Below, piece after piece: positions 1-9,954 of a stretch of DNA of 29,591 bases. Source of the stretch: a virus (taxonomy: Duplodnaviria; Caudoviricetes); IMG/VR virus record IMGVR_UViG_3300005664_000043, positions 1 through 29,591 of that record. One strand, written 5' to 3'. Positions within the stretch are counted from its first letter, which is position 1. Each line of letters starts with the position of its first letter. Position numbers and translations under genes: made by a program. Under the pieces are notes generated by a model that was given only the letters and a program-made list of their open reading frames with translations, did not search any database and was not told the origin of the DNA.

Positions 1-33
1 AATTACCAGTAATGGAATTTGAAGAGAAATAAT

Positions 34-1707
34 ATGAATATATATTTCATGCCAGAAGCAGAACAAGAATTTGAAGATAACTATGCTGATAAAAAGATGA
101 ATCGTATTATATCAGAAGAAATTATTAAAGAAATAAATATATTAAATGCAAATACCTACAATGATTTAGATAACAAAGTAGAAAACTATAATCCCAATCA
201 TGACCCTTCTAGTGGCAGATTTTCTAGCGGTGGAGGAGGAAGTAAAACTACACAAGAAAAGCTTGGTATCAAAAGTATAGAAACATCTGAGTTGGCTAAT
301 GAGTTAGAAGGTGGTAAAGAAAAATACATCTATGATGTCAAGTCAGATAAATATATTATAGTAAAAGATGTTATTCCTACAAGAACATTTCATGATACTG
401 ACTCAGCATACCCATCTAAAGAAGCAACAAAAGAAAATATAGATAAATTATCTAGTGCTGAAAAATCTGCTATTACTGGTTATACTTCAGAATATGGATA
501 TGGAAGTTACAATGAAGTTAACAAATATCTTAGGAATCCTAATAGTAAAAAATATTCACAAGAAACTATTGATTCGGCAAATGGAATAACATCAGCATTA
601 AATAAAGCAAAACTAGGTACAAATACATATGTTTACAGAGGTGTATCAGCAGAATCTTTTGAAGATGCTAAAATTCAAAAGGCGATATTAGATACTAATA
701 GAATGATAAAAAATGGCAAAAATAGACAAGATGTTAAATTTTTAGATACATTAGCGAGCCTAAAAGGTTCTACGATTACTGATAAAGCTCCAACATCTAC
801 AAGTCCAAACGGTGGCCAATTTTTTAATTTTGGTGAAGTAAAAATGACTATTAAAACAAAAAAATCTGATAAAGCTATGGACATAACAAGTCTTTCGAGA
901 TTTGGCGGTAGTAGTATTACACCTGCGTTTCTTGGAGTACAACAAAAAGAATCAGAAGTTTTGTATGCACCTAATACTACATTCAAAATTACTGATGTAA
1001 AAGTTAATGCATCGGGTATTCATTTATTAATGGAAACTGTTGACAGTAAAAACAAAAATAGCATTGAACTCAATTACTCACCTAAACAGCAAAGAGATTC
1101 TAGCGGTAAGTGGAGCTCAGGCGGAGGTTCATACTCTACAAAATACTCTAATATGACACCTCATGAATATGCAAATTCTATTAAAGAAGAATATGGAAAG
1201 CAAACTACTTTCACATCACAAGAAATAGAAGAAATTGATGGTTATACAGATATGAGTTTTGCATATACAAACGAAGACTTAAAGAATGCAAGAGGTAATG
1301 TAAATAAATTAGATGATTATCGTAAAATAACAGTAAAAACACTTGATAAATCAATGCGACATAAACTAAATGAGAATACTATGCTTTATCGTGGAATGCA
1401 TACAGAAAAAGATATTTACGAAGGTCATCAAATAAAATGGGATGGTTATTCATCCACGAGTATGTTTAGAAAAAAGGGTGAATCATTTGCAACACAAGAC
1501 CAAGATAGAGTATTCGACACACCATATTTATTATCTATAAAAGCTAAAAAAGGTCAAAAGGGTATTATACCACTATTAACTGGTAGGAATAACGGCTTAC
1601 AAGCTACCGAAGCAGAATTTATATTGCCAAGAGGTACTAATCTTAATGTAATTAAAAGAATAGAACAGGAAAACTATATTGAATTAGTAACAGAGGTAGC
1701 ATCATGA
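34..1707 (+). CDS. Tandem ADP-ribosyltransferase (VIP2/C3-like, R-S-E clade) protein, probably virion-packaged
   Basis: Two ART motif sets: YVYRG / APTSTS / KESEVL and MLYRG / YSSTS / TEAEFILPRG, each preceded by the typical 'E..AI..YT....Y..VN..LR'-like helix. ATG at 34 follows an upstream TAA at 30-32, so it is preferred over TTG 19. It overlaps the MuF gene (ATGA). Confidence 0.85.
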   Translation: MNIYFMPEAEQEFEDNYADKKMNRIISEEIIKEINILNANTYNDLDNKVENYNPNHDPSSGRFSSGGGGSKTTQEKLGIKSIETSELANELEGGKEKYIYDVKSDKYIIVKDVIPTRTFHDTDSAYPSKEATKENIDKLSSAEKSAITGYTSEYGYGSYNEVNKYLRNPNSKKYSQETIDSANGITSALNKAKLGTNTYVYRGVSAESFEDAKIQKAILDTNRMIKNGKNRQDVKFLDTLASLKGSTITDKAPTSTSPNGGQFFNFGEVKMTIKTKKSDKAMDITSLSRFGGSSITPAFLGVQQKESEVLYAPNTTFKITDVKVNASGIHLLMETVDSKNKNSIELNYSPKQQRDSSGKWSSGGGSYSTKYSNMTPHEYANSIKEEYGKQTTFTSQEIEEIDGYTDMSFAYTNEDLKNARGNVNKLDDYRKITVKTLDKSMRHKLNENTMLYRGMHTEKDIYEGHQIKWDGYSSTSMFRKKGESFATQDQDRVFDTPYLLSIKAKKGQKGIIPLLTGRNNGLQATEAEFILPRGTNLNVIKRIEQENYIELVTEVAS

Positions 1708-2684
1708 AAAATAGATTTATATTGGATAGTGATGATTTGGAATTATTAGAATATAAAGAATTAGTAATACCAAAAAATAAAAAGAAAAATGCTAATGATG
1801 CAGAAAAGAATGTACTTAAAATTCAACAGTCTTCTCTTGAAAATCAAGTTATAAATATTCAAGGTCAAACATCGGGTATAGTTCTAAACAATGTTCAGAA
1901 AACTAACAATGGATTTGATGAGCAGATAGATATTATATCAGAAACAGAAAAATCAGAGCTCCAGCATGGTCTAGAGCTTGCATTAATAGCTTATTTATCT
2001 GCAGTTATACCATTATTTGCAGTTAATACAATGAATCAGAGACAAAAAGAGTATGGTTTAATTGGTACATATAAGCTTGATAATATGTCTAAAGAGTATA
2101 TAAATATGATATCAACAAAAAGTTCTGAGAGCCATATGAATACTATATTAAATGATTTATTTGATTCTATTAAAGAAACATATACAAAAGAAGTAGATAA
2201 AAAACTTAAAATAGTTGAAGATACTGGTCGTAAAGTAACTGATGAAGATTTAGTTAATGCGAGAAAACTTGCTAATGAAGGTGCTTCAAAGCAGGAAATT
2301 ATACGAGCAGTTAAAGAAGAGTATGCTGGTCATATATCAAAAGCTCGTGCAAAAGCAATTGCAACTACTGAAACTAATCGTGCATTTACACAAAGTCAAT
2401 TCCAAGCTGATAGACAATTCTTACAACAGAACAATCTTACTGATAGAGCATATAAGAAATGGGTTACTACAAATGATAATCCATGTGCTACTTGTTTAGA
2501 TATGGCTTCACGACCTCCAATTCCATTTGAGAAAAATTTTGCAAACCTTGGTGATGAGATAGTTACAGTGTATGAAGATGATAATAAAGTAAAGACAAAG
2601 CGTGTAATTATAGACTTTGAACCATTGAGTGCTGGCAACGCGCATGTGAACTGCGGGTGTAAGTACGAATTGATTGTTAAATAA
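1704..2684 (+). CDS. Phage head morphogenesis protein, MuF / SPP1 gp7 family
   Basis: ARAKAIATTETNRA, KKWVTT..PCATC and terminal AHVNCGC motifs; lies upstream of the capsid gene. Confidence 0.85.
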   Translation: MKNRFILDSDDLELLEYKELVIPKNKKKNANDAEKNVLKIQQSSLENQVINIQGQTSGIVLNNVQKTNNGFDEQIDIISETEKSELQHGLELALIAYLSAVIPLFAVNTMNQRQKEYGLIGTYKLDNMSKEYINMISTKSSESHMNTILNDLFDSIKETYTKEVDKKLKIVEDTGRKVTDEDLVNARKLANEGASKQEIIRAVKEEYAGHISKARAKAIATTETNRAFTQSQFQADRQFLQQNNLTDRAYKKWVTTNDNPCATCLDMASRPPIPFEKNFANLGDEIVTVYEDDNKVKTKRVIIDFEPLSAGNAHVNCGCKYELIVK

Positions 2685-2717
2685 TTAAATGAATATAATA
2701 AGAATAGGGGAAATATC

Positions 2718-2909
2718 ATGGATAAAATGCCGATAGAGCAACTAGAACAACTAGCGAAGAACCCATATTATGTAATGAGTCAAGAACAATTAAAACAGCT
2801 CGAAGAGTATCGTGCAGAAAAATACAAACCATTTAAGAAACATATTAGTTCATTTGAGAAAAATTCAAGCAAGTTTAATGTGAATAAACAAGAAGAAAGT
2901 AATGGATGA
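2718..2909 (+). CDS. Hypothetical protein
   Basis: 63-aa ORF with AGGGG SD, overlapping the next gene. Confidence 0.6.
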   Translation: MDKMPIEQLEQLAKNPYYVMSQEQLKQLEEYRAEKYKPFKKHISSFEKNSSKFNVNKQEESNG

Positions 2910-3114
2910 ATTAGTAGACATACGATGTCCATTTAAGAGAACAGGTAAAAACGATGGAATAACTCGTTTATGTAATCATCTATGTGTAAAGGTATTTCCA
3001 GGTTCTAGCGGAGAAACATGGTGTAGCAGATGTAATCTAACATTTGAGTTTGAGGTAGATAATCAAAATTCAGGTCAGAGGTCTATGGTAAGGGTACAAA
3101 ATGAAAATAATTGA
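2902..3114 (+). CDS. Zinc-ribbon protein, Mu Com-like
   Basis: DIRCP...LCNHLC...WCSRC...FEF pattern in a 70-aa ORF. Confidence 0.5.
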   Translation: MDELVDIRCPFKRTGKNDGITRLCNHLCVKVFPGSSGETWCSRCNLTFEFEVDNQNSGQRSMVRVQNENN

Positions 3115-3832
3115 TTCAACTATTATATCCAAAGAAGAACAAGCTGAGATTGAGAAAGAAACTATCTTAAAGAATAGCAATAAATTAATTCAAGACTTAT
3201 CAAAAAGTTTACAGAAATCTAATATTAAGATAGACAAAATTAATGAAGATAATACAGTTTTACTAAATAAGGTAGAAAAGCTCTCAGATGTTACGAAAAT
3301 AACTCTAGGTGGTGCAATAGAACACAATAGTAAGTCTACAAAACTACAAGAAGAAGAAATACAACAATCTAAGAAAATTCAGTTAACAATAAATGATAAA
3401 TTATCAGATGTAGAAAATAAAATATCAGAACTTAAGAAAACATACAATGAATTATCACAGAAGCAAGTAAATGCTGTAAAGAAAAATAACGTAACGCAAG
3501 AACTAGCTTCAATAGATGAGAAGATTACTGAAATGGTAGACCTTCTTAAAAAAATTAAAGATAAGAAACAAACTACAACAGTAGTAGGTGGTGGTGGCGG
3601 TGGTGGAACATATATACCTCTAAAAAATGGTAATGTACCTACAACAAATCCTGATGGAACATACATTGGCAATTCACTTGGTGTACCAAAACATGATAGT
3701 GGAACAGTGAGCTATCCGACAGATACAAAAGAAGTGTATACATTTAAGTTAAACGGAGCAACAGTAGGAACAGTTACAATAGAGTATACAGACAATACAA
3801 AAGCATTAATGTCTTCTTGGAGTATAGCATAA
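3101..3832 (+). CDS. Coiled-coil protein with Gly linker and small C-terminal beta domain (probable virion accessory)
   Basis: About 155 aa of K/E/Q/N heptad-like sequence, a poly-Gly linker, then a T/V/Y-rich beta region. Confidence 0.6.
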   Translation: MKIIDSTIISKEEQAEIEKETILKNSNKLIQDLSKSLQKSNIKIDKINEDNTVLLNKVEKLSDVTKITLGGAIEHNSKSTKLQEEEIQQSKKIQLTINDKLSDVENKISELKKTYNELSQKQVNAVKKNNVTQELASIDEKITEMVDLLKKIKDKKQTTTVVGGGGGGGTYIPLKNGNVPTTNPDGTYIGNSLGVPKHDSGTVSYPTDTKEVYTFKLNGATVGTVTIEYTDNTKALMSSWSIA

Positions 3833-3981
3833 TGCCATTTATTTTTAATCCTTTTATAGGAAATTTTGATTATTATACTGCAGGTGGAAATATTCCTGCT
3901 CCTGTAATTGACGGTGTATTGTTAGCACAAAATAATGATTATATAATATTAGAAAGTGGCAACTATTTAGCTACAGAATAA
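3832..3981 (+). CDS. Small protein (49 aa) missing from the ORF track
   Basis: TAATG coupling to the upstream gene; MPFIFNPFIGNFDYYTAGGNIPAPVIDGVLLAQNNDYIILESGNYLATE fills the gap, ending 8 nt before the fibre gene. Confidence 0.7.
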   Translation: MPFIFNPFIGNFDYYTAGGNIPAPVIDGVLLAQNNDYIILESGNYLATE

Positions 3982-3989
3982 GGGGCAAT

Positions 3990-6761
3990 ATGGCAAATAC
4001 GAAAATTACAGAACTAACCGAAGATACAACACCAACAAGTGATGATTTAGTTGTAACAGTAAACGATGCGGGCGGTACACCAACTAATAAAAAGGTTACG
4101 GCTGGTAATTTAATTACGAAGGCGCATAGCCTAACAGACGGTAATGTACAAGTTGCTAGTGGCGTACTTACTACAAGTGCAGATGTTAATGCCACAAATC
4201 TAGTAGCTGGTGATATTAGTACAAACACAATAGAAATAACTGGTAGCCTTACACTAGGTGGCGATACTGTTACTGATAGCGTTACGCTTGATGCTAGCCC
4301 TGTAACTACTGGACAATTTACACAAACATTGCAAGGCGCAGACGGAACAATAGCATTATTATCTGATATTGGTGCTGGTGGCGGTGGTGATATGATGAAA
4401 GCTACCTATGACCCGACTAATATTAACGATAGTGCCTTTGATACAGATAACCATACAAGCGGTACTACTAATAAGGTATATACAGCTACAGAACAGACAA
4501 AGCTATCTGGGATAGAAGCTGGCGCAGATGTAACTGATGCAACCAATGTAGCCGCAGCTGGTGCAGTTATGGAATCTGATACTACAACTGCAGCAATGAG
4601 CTTTGTTGTCGATGAAGACGACATGGTGAGCGATACTGCTACCAAGGTCCCAACACAACAATCCGTAAAGGCATATGTCGATGCGCAAATTACTGGTTCT
4701 GTAAGCGGTGACGTGGTTGGTCCAGCCAGCAGCACCGATAATGCTTTAGCAAGATACGATAGCACAACTGGAAAATTGATACAAAATAGCAATGCTACAT
4801 TATCTGACAGCGGTGACTTAAAATTATCGGCAAATAGGTACCTACAGGCAGATAATATAGAACCTAGCAGTAACGGCTCGCTGAATTTCGTTGGTAAGAG
4901 TGGCACTAGCGCTTATGAGCAGGGCAGTGTCGTTATTAGCGGAGGTCTAAACGCTGGTACTGGTGAGGGTGGAAGTATAAAATTGCAAGCTGGGCAAGCT
5001 ATGGGTGGTGGTGCTAACGGTGCCGTAAAAGTTGGCAATACAAGTGGATATTATGCAAGCTTAGATGTAAGCGCGTTGACAGCTGATAGAACGCTTAAAT
5101 TACGAAACAGTACTGTTGATTTGACTGGTGGTAGTGATGGTCATGTTTTGACGGTACAGGCGGATGGAAGTATATCACCAGAAGCACTACCAGCTACATC
5201 ACTTACCCTTGATGGGTTGACTGACGTAACAATAACGACTCCGTCTACAGACCAGATACTAAAATATAACGGAAGTGCGTGGGTAAACGGAGCAGCTAGC
5301 GGTGGTGGCGGCGGTCAAACAACATACGATGCTATCGTGGCAGCAAGCGGTGGTACGCATACAACTCTAGGTGCAGCATTAACAGCAGCCAGCGCTGGTT
5401 GGAGAATACTGGTACTAGACAGCACCACCGAGACTGGCAATATATCACGTAACTTAGCTGGTATAACAATCGTTGGTGCGAGCAAGAGCGTGGTAGTCAA
5501 CATGGCTAATTATACCTTTTCTTTGAGCGGTGCAAACAATTATGTGACTAATCTGCAGTTTAGCTTCACGACAGGTAACTTCTACAGTACTGGTAACTAC
5601 TGCACCTTTGATGATTTATATTTGTACTACACAGCTTATGACGCATCACTATCTACCAGTTTTTATCTTGGTGGGACTGCTAGTAAGTTTATAAACAATA
5701 GATTATATAATGCTGCAACAACTGGTACTGCTTACAGAGTTTTTCAAAGTAATTCGGAGTATGCAATTATAGAAAATAATGTATTCGATGTGCCAGTAAG
5801 GGGCACTACAACAGCTACGGCAGCAATATTTTTAGGCACTTCCAAAAATACATTCGCTAATAACAAAATACAATCGTGGGCAAACGCAAACAATGCATAT
5901 TGTGTCTATGTTGCTGAGCGTGGAAACGTATTAACTGGTAATGATATTTCAAGTTTAACTGGTAATTATGCTATATATGTAATCTCGCAAGATAATGTAG
6001 TTGCAAATAATCGAATTGTTGGTGGAATACGAGGAGTCATATTAGAAAGCTCGTTCAGTATATGTACTGGTAACAGTATCGTAACGCAGTCTAACAGCGG
6101 CAATGCCGTCCGTGTCAATGGACCTATGAACAGAGTGACGGGCAATTACTTGGCTGGTAACGGTACAACAGACTTTGCTATATACGTAGAAGGTGGTGAC
6201 GATAACATAATTGCAAATAATAATATATCTACAAGTGCCACTGGCATACAAGTTAATGCGGCTACATCTGACCGCACTATAATAACTGGCAACACAATAC
6301 ACGCGTCGACGACCAAAATAGTTGACAGTGGGACAGCAACAATCCTTAAAGACAACATAGGGGTACCACCCACTTTCGAGAAGCAGCAAATGCTTATGAA
6401 AAATACGAGTGGTGTAAGCTTAGCTGCTGGTGATGTAGTTATATGGAAATCGGTAGCTGCTGGCGATGAAGTAACTACGACCACCACCGCTGGTGATGAC
6501 AAGGTCTTCGGTGTTGCTACTGGAACGATAGCTAACAACGCATATGGCTACATCCAAACGCTTGGTAAAGTAACTACGCTAAAAGTAAACGGTACCGCGG
6601 ATATTGCCGTTGGTGACTTCTTAACTACATATACATCAGCTGGTATAGCTGCAAAAGCAGCTGCTGGAGACATGTGTTTCGCAGTTGCCTTAGAAGCCTA
6701 CACAGCAGACGACAGCAGCGGCGTTCTTGACGCATTACTGATTACACCACGGCTAATTTAA
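3990..6761 (+). CDS. Fibre/spike protein with right-handed parallel beta-helix and C-terminal capsid-cement-like (DUF2190-like) domain
   Basis: Mosaic of fibre motifs (GGGDMMKATYD, KLSGIEAGAD, VPTQQSVKAYVD, GPASSTDNALARYD, LTDVTIT...LKYNGSAWVN), Asn-ladder repeats (NVLTGNDI, NVVANNRI, NRVTGNYL, NIIANNNI), and a C-terminal 'LAAGDVV...VFGVA...IAVGDFL' domain. Confidence 0.7.
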   Translation: MANTKITELTEDTTPTSDDLVVTVNDAGGTPTNKKVTAGNLITKAHSLTDGNVQVASGVLTTSADVNATNLVAGDISTNTIEITGSLTLGGDTVTDSVTLDASPVTTGQFTQTLQGADGTIALLSDIGAGGGGDMMKATYDPTNINDSAFDTDNHTSGTTNKVYTATEQTKLSGIEAGADVTDATNVAAAGAVMESDTTTAAMSFVVDEDDMVSDTATKVPTQQSVKAYVDAQITGSVSGDVVGPASSTDNALARYDSTTGKLIQNSNATLSDSGDLKLSANRYLQADNIEPSSNGSLNFVGKSGTSAYEQGSVVISGGLNAGTGEGGSIKLQAGQAMGGGANGAVKVGNTSGYYASLDVSALTADRTLKLRNSTVDLTGGSDGHVLTVQADGSISPEALPATSLTLDGLTDVTITTPSTDQILKYNGSAWVNGAASGGGGGQTTYDAIVAASGGTHTTLGAALTAASAGWRILVLDSTTETGNISRNLAGITIVGASKSVVVNMANYTFSLSGANNYVTNLQFSFTTGNFYSTGNYCTFDDLYLYYTAYDASLSTSFYLGGTASKFINNRLYNAATTGTAYRVFQSNSEYAIIENNVFDVPVRGTTTATAAIFLGTSKNTFANNKIQSWANANNAYCVYVAERGNVLTGNDISSLTGNYAIYVISQDNVVANNRIVGGIRGVILESSFSICTGNSIVTQSNSGNAVRVNGPMNRVTGNYLAGNGTTDFAIYVEGGDDNIIANNNISTSATGIQVNAATSDRTIITGNTIHASTTKIVDSGTATILKDNIGVPPTFEKQQMLMKNTSGVSLAAGDVVIWKSVAAGDEVTTTTTAGDDKVFGVATGTIANNAYGYIQTLGKVTTLKVNGTADIAVGDFLTTYTSAGIAAKAAAGDMCFAVALEAYTADDSSGVLDALLITPRLI

Positions 6762-6852
6762 GTCGATTATTTATAATTAAATATAGAGTAGCCACAAAGA
6801 GCTTATCAAAAGCCGAAATAAGAGCAACCGAATAAAAAGATAAGAGGTTCTT

Positions 6853-8829
6853 ATGAAAAGAAATCTTACAAAAGTAGATATTACAAAGAATGAATATAAT
6901 GATGCTGGAGACGGTGTTATTGATTTTTCAAGTAATATAGTAATAACAGATAATTCTATTCAACGAAATGGAACCAAATACGATATCAATACACTTGATA
7001 TTAGTGAATTTAGTGGACGCGTTACTGCTGACCATGTAGATAAACTAGAATCAGTGATTGCTAAAGTAGAAGGTATTGAGAAGAAAGATAACTCTGTTAC
7101 ATTTAAGAGAATCAAATTTGCTGTAAAAGAAAATCCTCTAGCAAGATTAGCCTACAACCTATTCAAGGGTGGATTCTTAAGTGATTTTTCTACTGAAACG
7201 ATTGGCCCTGAACCAGATGAGAATGGAGTTTACTATAACTCTAGTCTAGTGGGTCTCAGTGCTGTAGTATTAGGTAACAACCGAAATGCGAAGGTCCAGA
7301 CAGTGGTTAAAAACTCTTTAGATGAATCTATTGAAGATGGTTTAGATGTATCTGAGCTAAAAGAAGTTCTTAACTTCAGCGAAGATGATAAAAATATTAA
7401 TAATAATAAGAAGGAAGAAAACGAAATGAAATTCGTAACAGTCAAGAATAGCCGAGACTTCGAGATTGCTGTAAAATACAAAAATGCAGCTGGCGACGAT
7501 GTTGAAGCAACAGTACAACCTGGCGGTTCAGTTGATGTCAGTGAAGACCAAGCTGAGGCGGTAGAGAATACTTTCAAGTCTGCAGAAGCTCCTAAGGTTG
7601 AAAACGACTTTAGCAAAACTCTAGCAGAAGCATTGGCACCACTACAAGCTAAAATCGATGCTATCGAACAGAATGCATTTGATAAAAAAGCAGAAGAGCC
7701 AAAGTTTAAGAAAGAAGAAAAAGGTGTTAAAGGTTCTAGCGAATATGCTGGTATGGACTGGAGAGACCTACATGCAAAGCAGATTAATGCTGCTTGGGAA
7801 TATAAAAAGAATGGTCGTGTAGAAGCTGCACAAGAACTTAATAAGATTAACGAATTAAATCTTGCTAATCTTAAAAAAGAAGGTGTTGTTTCTAACAGCA
7901 TGACTATCTCTGATTTTGGTAACTTTGTTATTAGTCGTGAACTACTTTCTCAAATTGAAGGTGCACGTAACGATTACACAGCTCTTGTAAATGCTACTGA
8001 TTGGAAAGAAACTCTTTCTACACAGTTTGCATGGTTGAAGAGAAGTGGCGACATCAATATGACAAGTGTTGAGTTTTGCGATGACGGTGCCAATGGTAAC
8101 CTTAAACCAATTAGCGAATACACTGCAACAATTCAGACTAGTGACCTAGAAGAATTAGCTGCTGTTACACCTGTTTGTAACGCTGCTACTCGTTTCTTAG
8201 CTGCTGACTTGCTTGGTGACGTTGCTCAAGGTTATAGGAATGACTATGACCGAAAGCGTGCTCAATTAGTTATTGCTCGTCTAGAACAAGCTGTAGAAAC
8301 TAACCAAAAATCAGTTATTTACGATGTAAATCCTGCTATTGGTGGTTTAACTGCTTGGGTAGATACCTGGGCTAAGGTTGCTACAACTACTCCTAATGGT
8401 ACATATATCTTCAACTCAAGCACATATGCTGAGATTATGAAGCAAGCTGTTACCAACGGTGTTAGTGGCCCTCTAGGTTCTATATTCATTACTGGTGACG
8501 TACCTACAATCTTCGGTAAACCGTTTATTGTTGTACCTGACGATTTGATGCCTACTCTTAATAGTGCTGGTACAAAGTCGTTTGCAGTTGATGGTGGAAC
8601 CGTTACTGTTAATCATGCTGTATTTTATGCAAACCTTGCTAACTTCACTGGCCGAACAAGTGGTGGTCTACAATATGACCTATCAACAGATGCAGCCTAC
8701 GAAGATGGTGGTACTGTAAAATCTGCTTACCAACGTAATGAACTCGTACTTCGTGGTTCATTCTTCCGTGGTGGTGCAATCAAAGATACTGACCAAGTTT
8801 CTGCATTGCTAAGCCCTGGTGTAAGCTAA
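6853..8829 (+). CDS. Fused HK97-type prohead protease / scaffold / major capsid protein
   Basis: N-terminal protease-like motifs (RNGTKYD, ADHVD, GFLSDFS, LVGLSAV..GNN), a charged linker, then a capsid-like region (GNFVISREL, PTIFGKPFIV, AYQRNELVLRG); AGAGG SD. Confidence 0.85.
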   Translation: MKRNLTKVDITKNEYNDAGDGVIDFSSNIVITDNSIQRNGTKYDINTLDISEFSGRVTADHVDKLESVIAKVEGIEKKDNSVTFKRIKFAVKENPLARLAYNLFKGGFLSDFSTETIGPEPDENGVYYNSSLVGLSAVVLGNNRNAKVQTVVKNSLDESIEDGLDVSELKEVLNFSEDDKNINNNKKEENEMKFVTVKNSRDFEIAVKYKNAAGDDVEATVQPGGSVDVSEDQAEAVENTFKSAEAPKVENDFSKTLAEALAPLQAKIDAIEQNAFDKKAEEPKFKKEEKGVKGSSEYAGMDWRDLHAKQINAAWEYKKNGRVEAAQELNKINELNLANLKKEGVVSNSMTISDFGNFVISRELLSQIEGARNDYTALVNATDWKETLSTQFAWLKRSGDINMTSVEFCDDGANGNLKPISEYTATIQTSDLEELAAVTPVCNAATRFLAADLLGDVAQGYRNDYDRKRAQLVIARLEQAVETNQKSVIYDVNPAIGGLTAWVDTWAKVATTTPNGTYIFNSSTYAEIMKQAVTNGVSGPLGSIFITGDVPTIFGKPFIVVPDDLMPTLNSAGTKSFAVDGGTVTVNHAVFYANLANFTGRTSGGLQYDLSTDAAYEDGGTVKSAYQRNELVLRGSFFRGGAIKDTDQVSALLSPGVS

Positions 8830-8860
8830 AGATTAATAGTTAAAAGAAAAGGATGATAAG

Positions 8861-9577
8861 GTGAATCTTAACGAATACAAAACATTGAGTGGTTTAACTG
8901 TTGCAAGCGGTGATGAAACATTTGTCACTGCCCAAATAAATAGAACACAATACGTGTTGGAAACAATGTTAGGGTTCACTTTAGATTCTACAAAAGTAAC
9001 AGAAAACATCTACGAAGAACTAGGACAAACTCAACAAGAATGCGCTTGTCCAAATGTAGATACCGAAAGTTTATTACCTGCTGATGAAGTAATAGGTGCT
9101 TATAGACTATTCAATTACAATAAGAAAGATAAATTCTTTCATATAGACCCAGCTTCTAATATTTATAATGTTAAGTTAGTATACATCAAACAATCCACGG
9201 GTGGTTCTGGTATATCAGGAATCACTCTTAAGACATTTGATACAGATACTATTAACTTACATATAAATAACAATGGTTTTATTAACTATATAGAACATTG
9301 TATTAGTTGTTTGTGTGAATGTGATTGTGATTGTGTACAACTTGCTGTTGATGCAGATTGGCTATGGGAAACAGATATTCCTAATGATTTATTATATGTT
9401 TGGTCAGATATGGTAACATTCTATTCTGATAAAAAGAACAATATAAAATCTGAAAGTATTGATTCTCATTCATACACTAAAGGAGATATAAAAGCACCGG
9501 AAACAGAACCGCATAACATAGCAATATTGAAAAAATATGCTGGGCCAACGGGTTCTATTACGGTTCAACCATTATGA
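8861..9577 (+). CDS. Head-tail adaptor/connector protein
   Basis: Directly after the capsid gene; 'MNLNEYKTL' start and 'IKSESIDSHSYT...ILKKY' C-terminus typical of adaptors; Cys-rich inserts. Confidence 0.65.
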   Translation: MNLNEYKTLSGLTVASGDETFVTAQINRTQYVLETMLGFTLDSTKVTENIYEELGQTQQECACPNVDTESLLPADEVIGAYRLFNYNKKDKFFHIDPASNIYNVKLVYIKQSTGGSGISGITLKTFDTDTINLHINNNGFINYIEHCISCLCECDCDCVQLAVDADWLWETDIPNDLLYVWSDMVTFYSDKKNNIKSESIDSHSYTKGDIKAPETEPHNIAILKKYAGPTGSITVQPL

Positions 9578-9954
9578 GTGTAAAACTTGTATATACGGAT
9601 TCTATTCGATTAGTAAAACCTGTAATTGATAATTATGGTGGAGAACGAATCGGTCAAATAGAAACAGTATCGTGCATATTTATTACTCGTACTGGTTCAT
9701 CTCATTCAAGCAATCAAGACTCTATAGATACTGACGCTTCATTATATATAGACCCAACAAATATATTTGTAACCAATAATTTTAATAGATTAGAAGAATT
9801 TATGGTGATATCAAATAGGTTTGGTTCTACTGATGGAGATTCATGGTATAAAGTAACGAATGCTTCTGTTGGTATGGATAAACTACTTGAAAATAAAATT
9901 GACCACATTAAATTATCACTCAAGAAAACTGTAGGATTAAGTTATGTCAGTTAG
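9574..9954 (+). CDS. Head closure (stopper) protein
   Basis: Synteny, 126 aa, 'DNYGGE' N-terminal hairpin motif, beta-rich. Confidence 0.55.
   Translation: MSVKLVYTDSIRLVKPVIDNYGGERIGQIETVSCIFITRTGSSHSSNQDSIDTDASLYIDPTNIFVTNNFNRLEEFMVISNRFGSTDGDSWYKVTNASVGMDKLLENKIDHIKLSLKKTVGLSYVS

Noticed and set aside
6762-6852. Promoter or structured RNA upstream of the capsid gene
   Set aside because: TATAAT at 6772 has no matching -35 at 17 nt and I could not find a convincing stem; an activator-dependent late promoter remains possible but unsupported.
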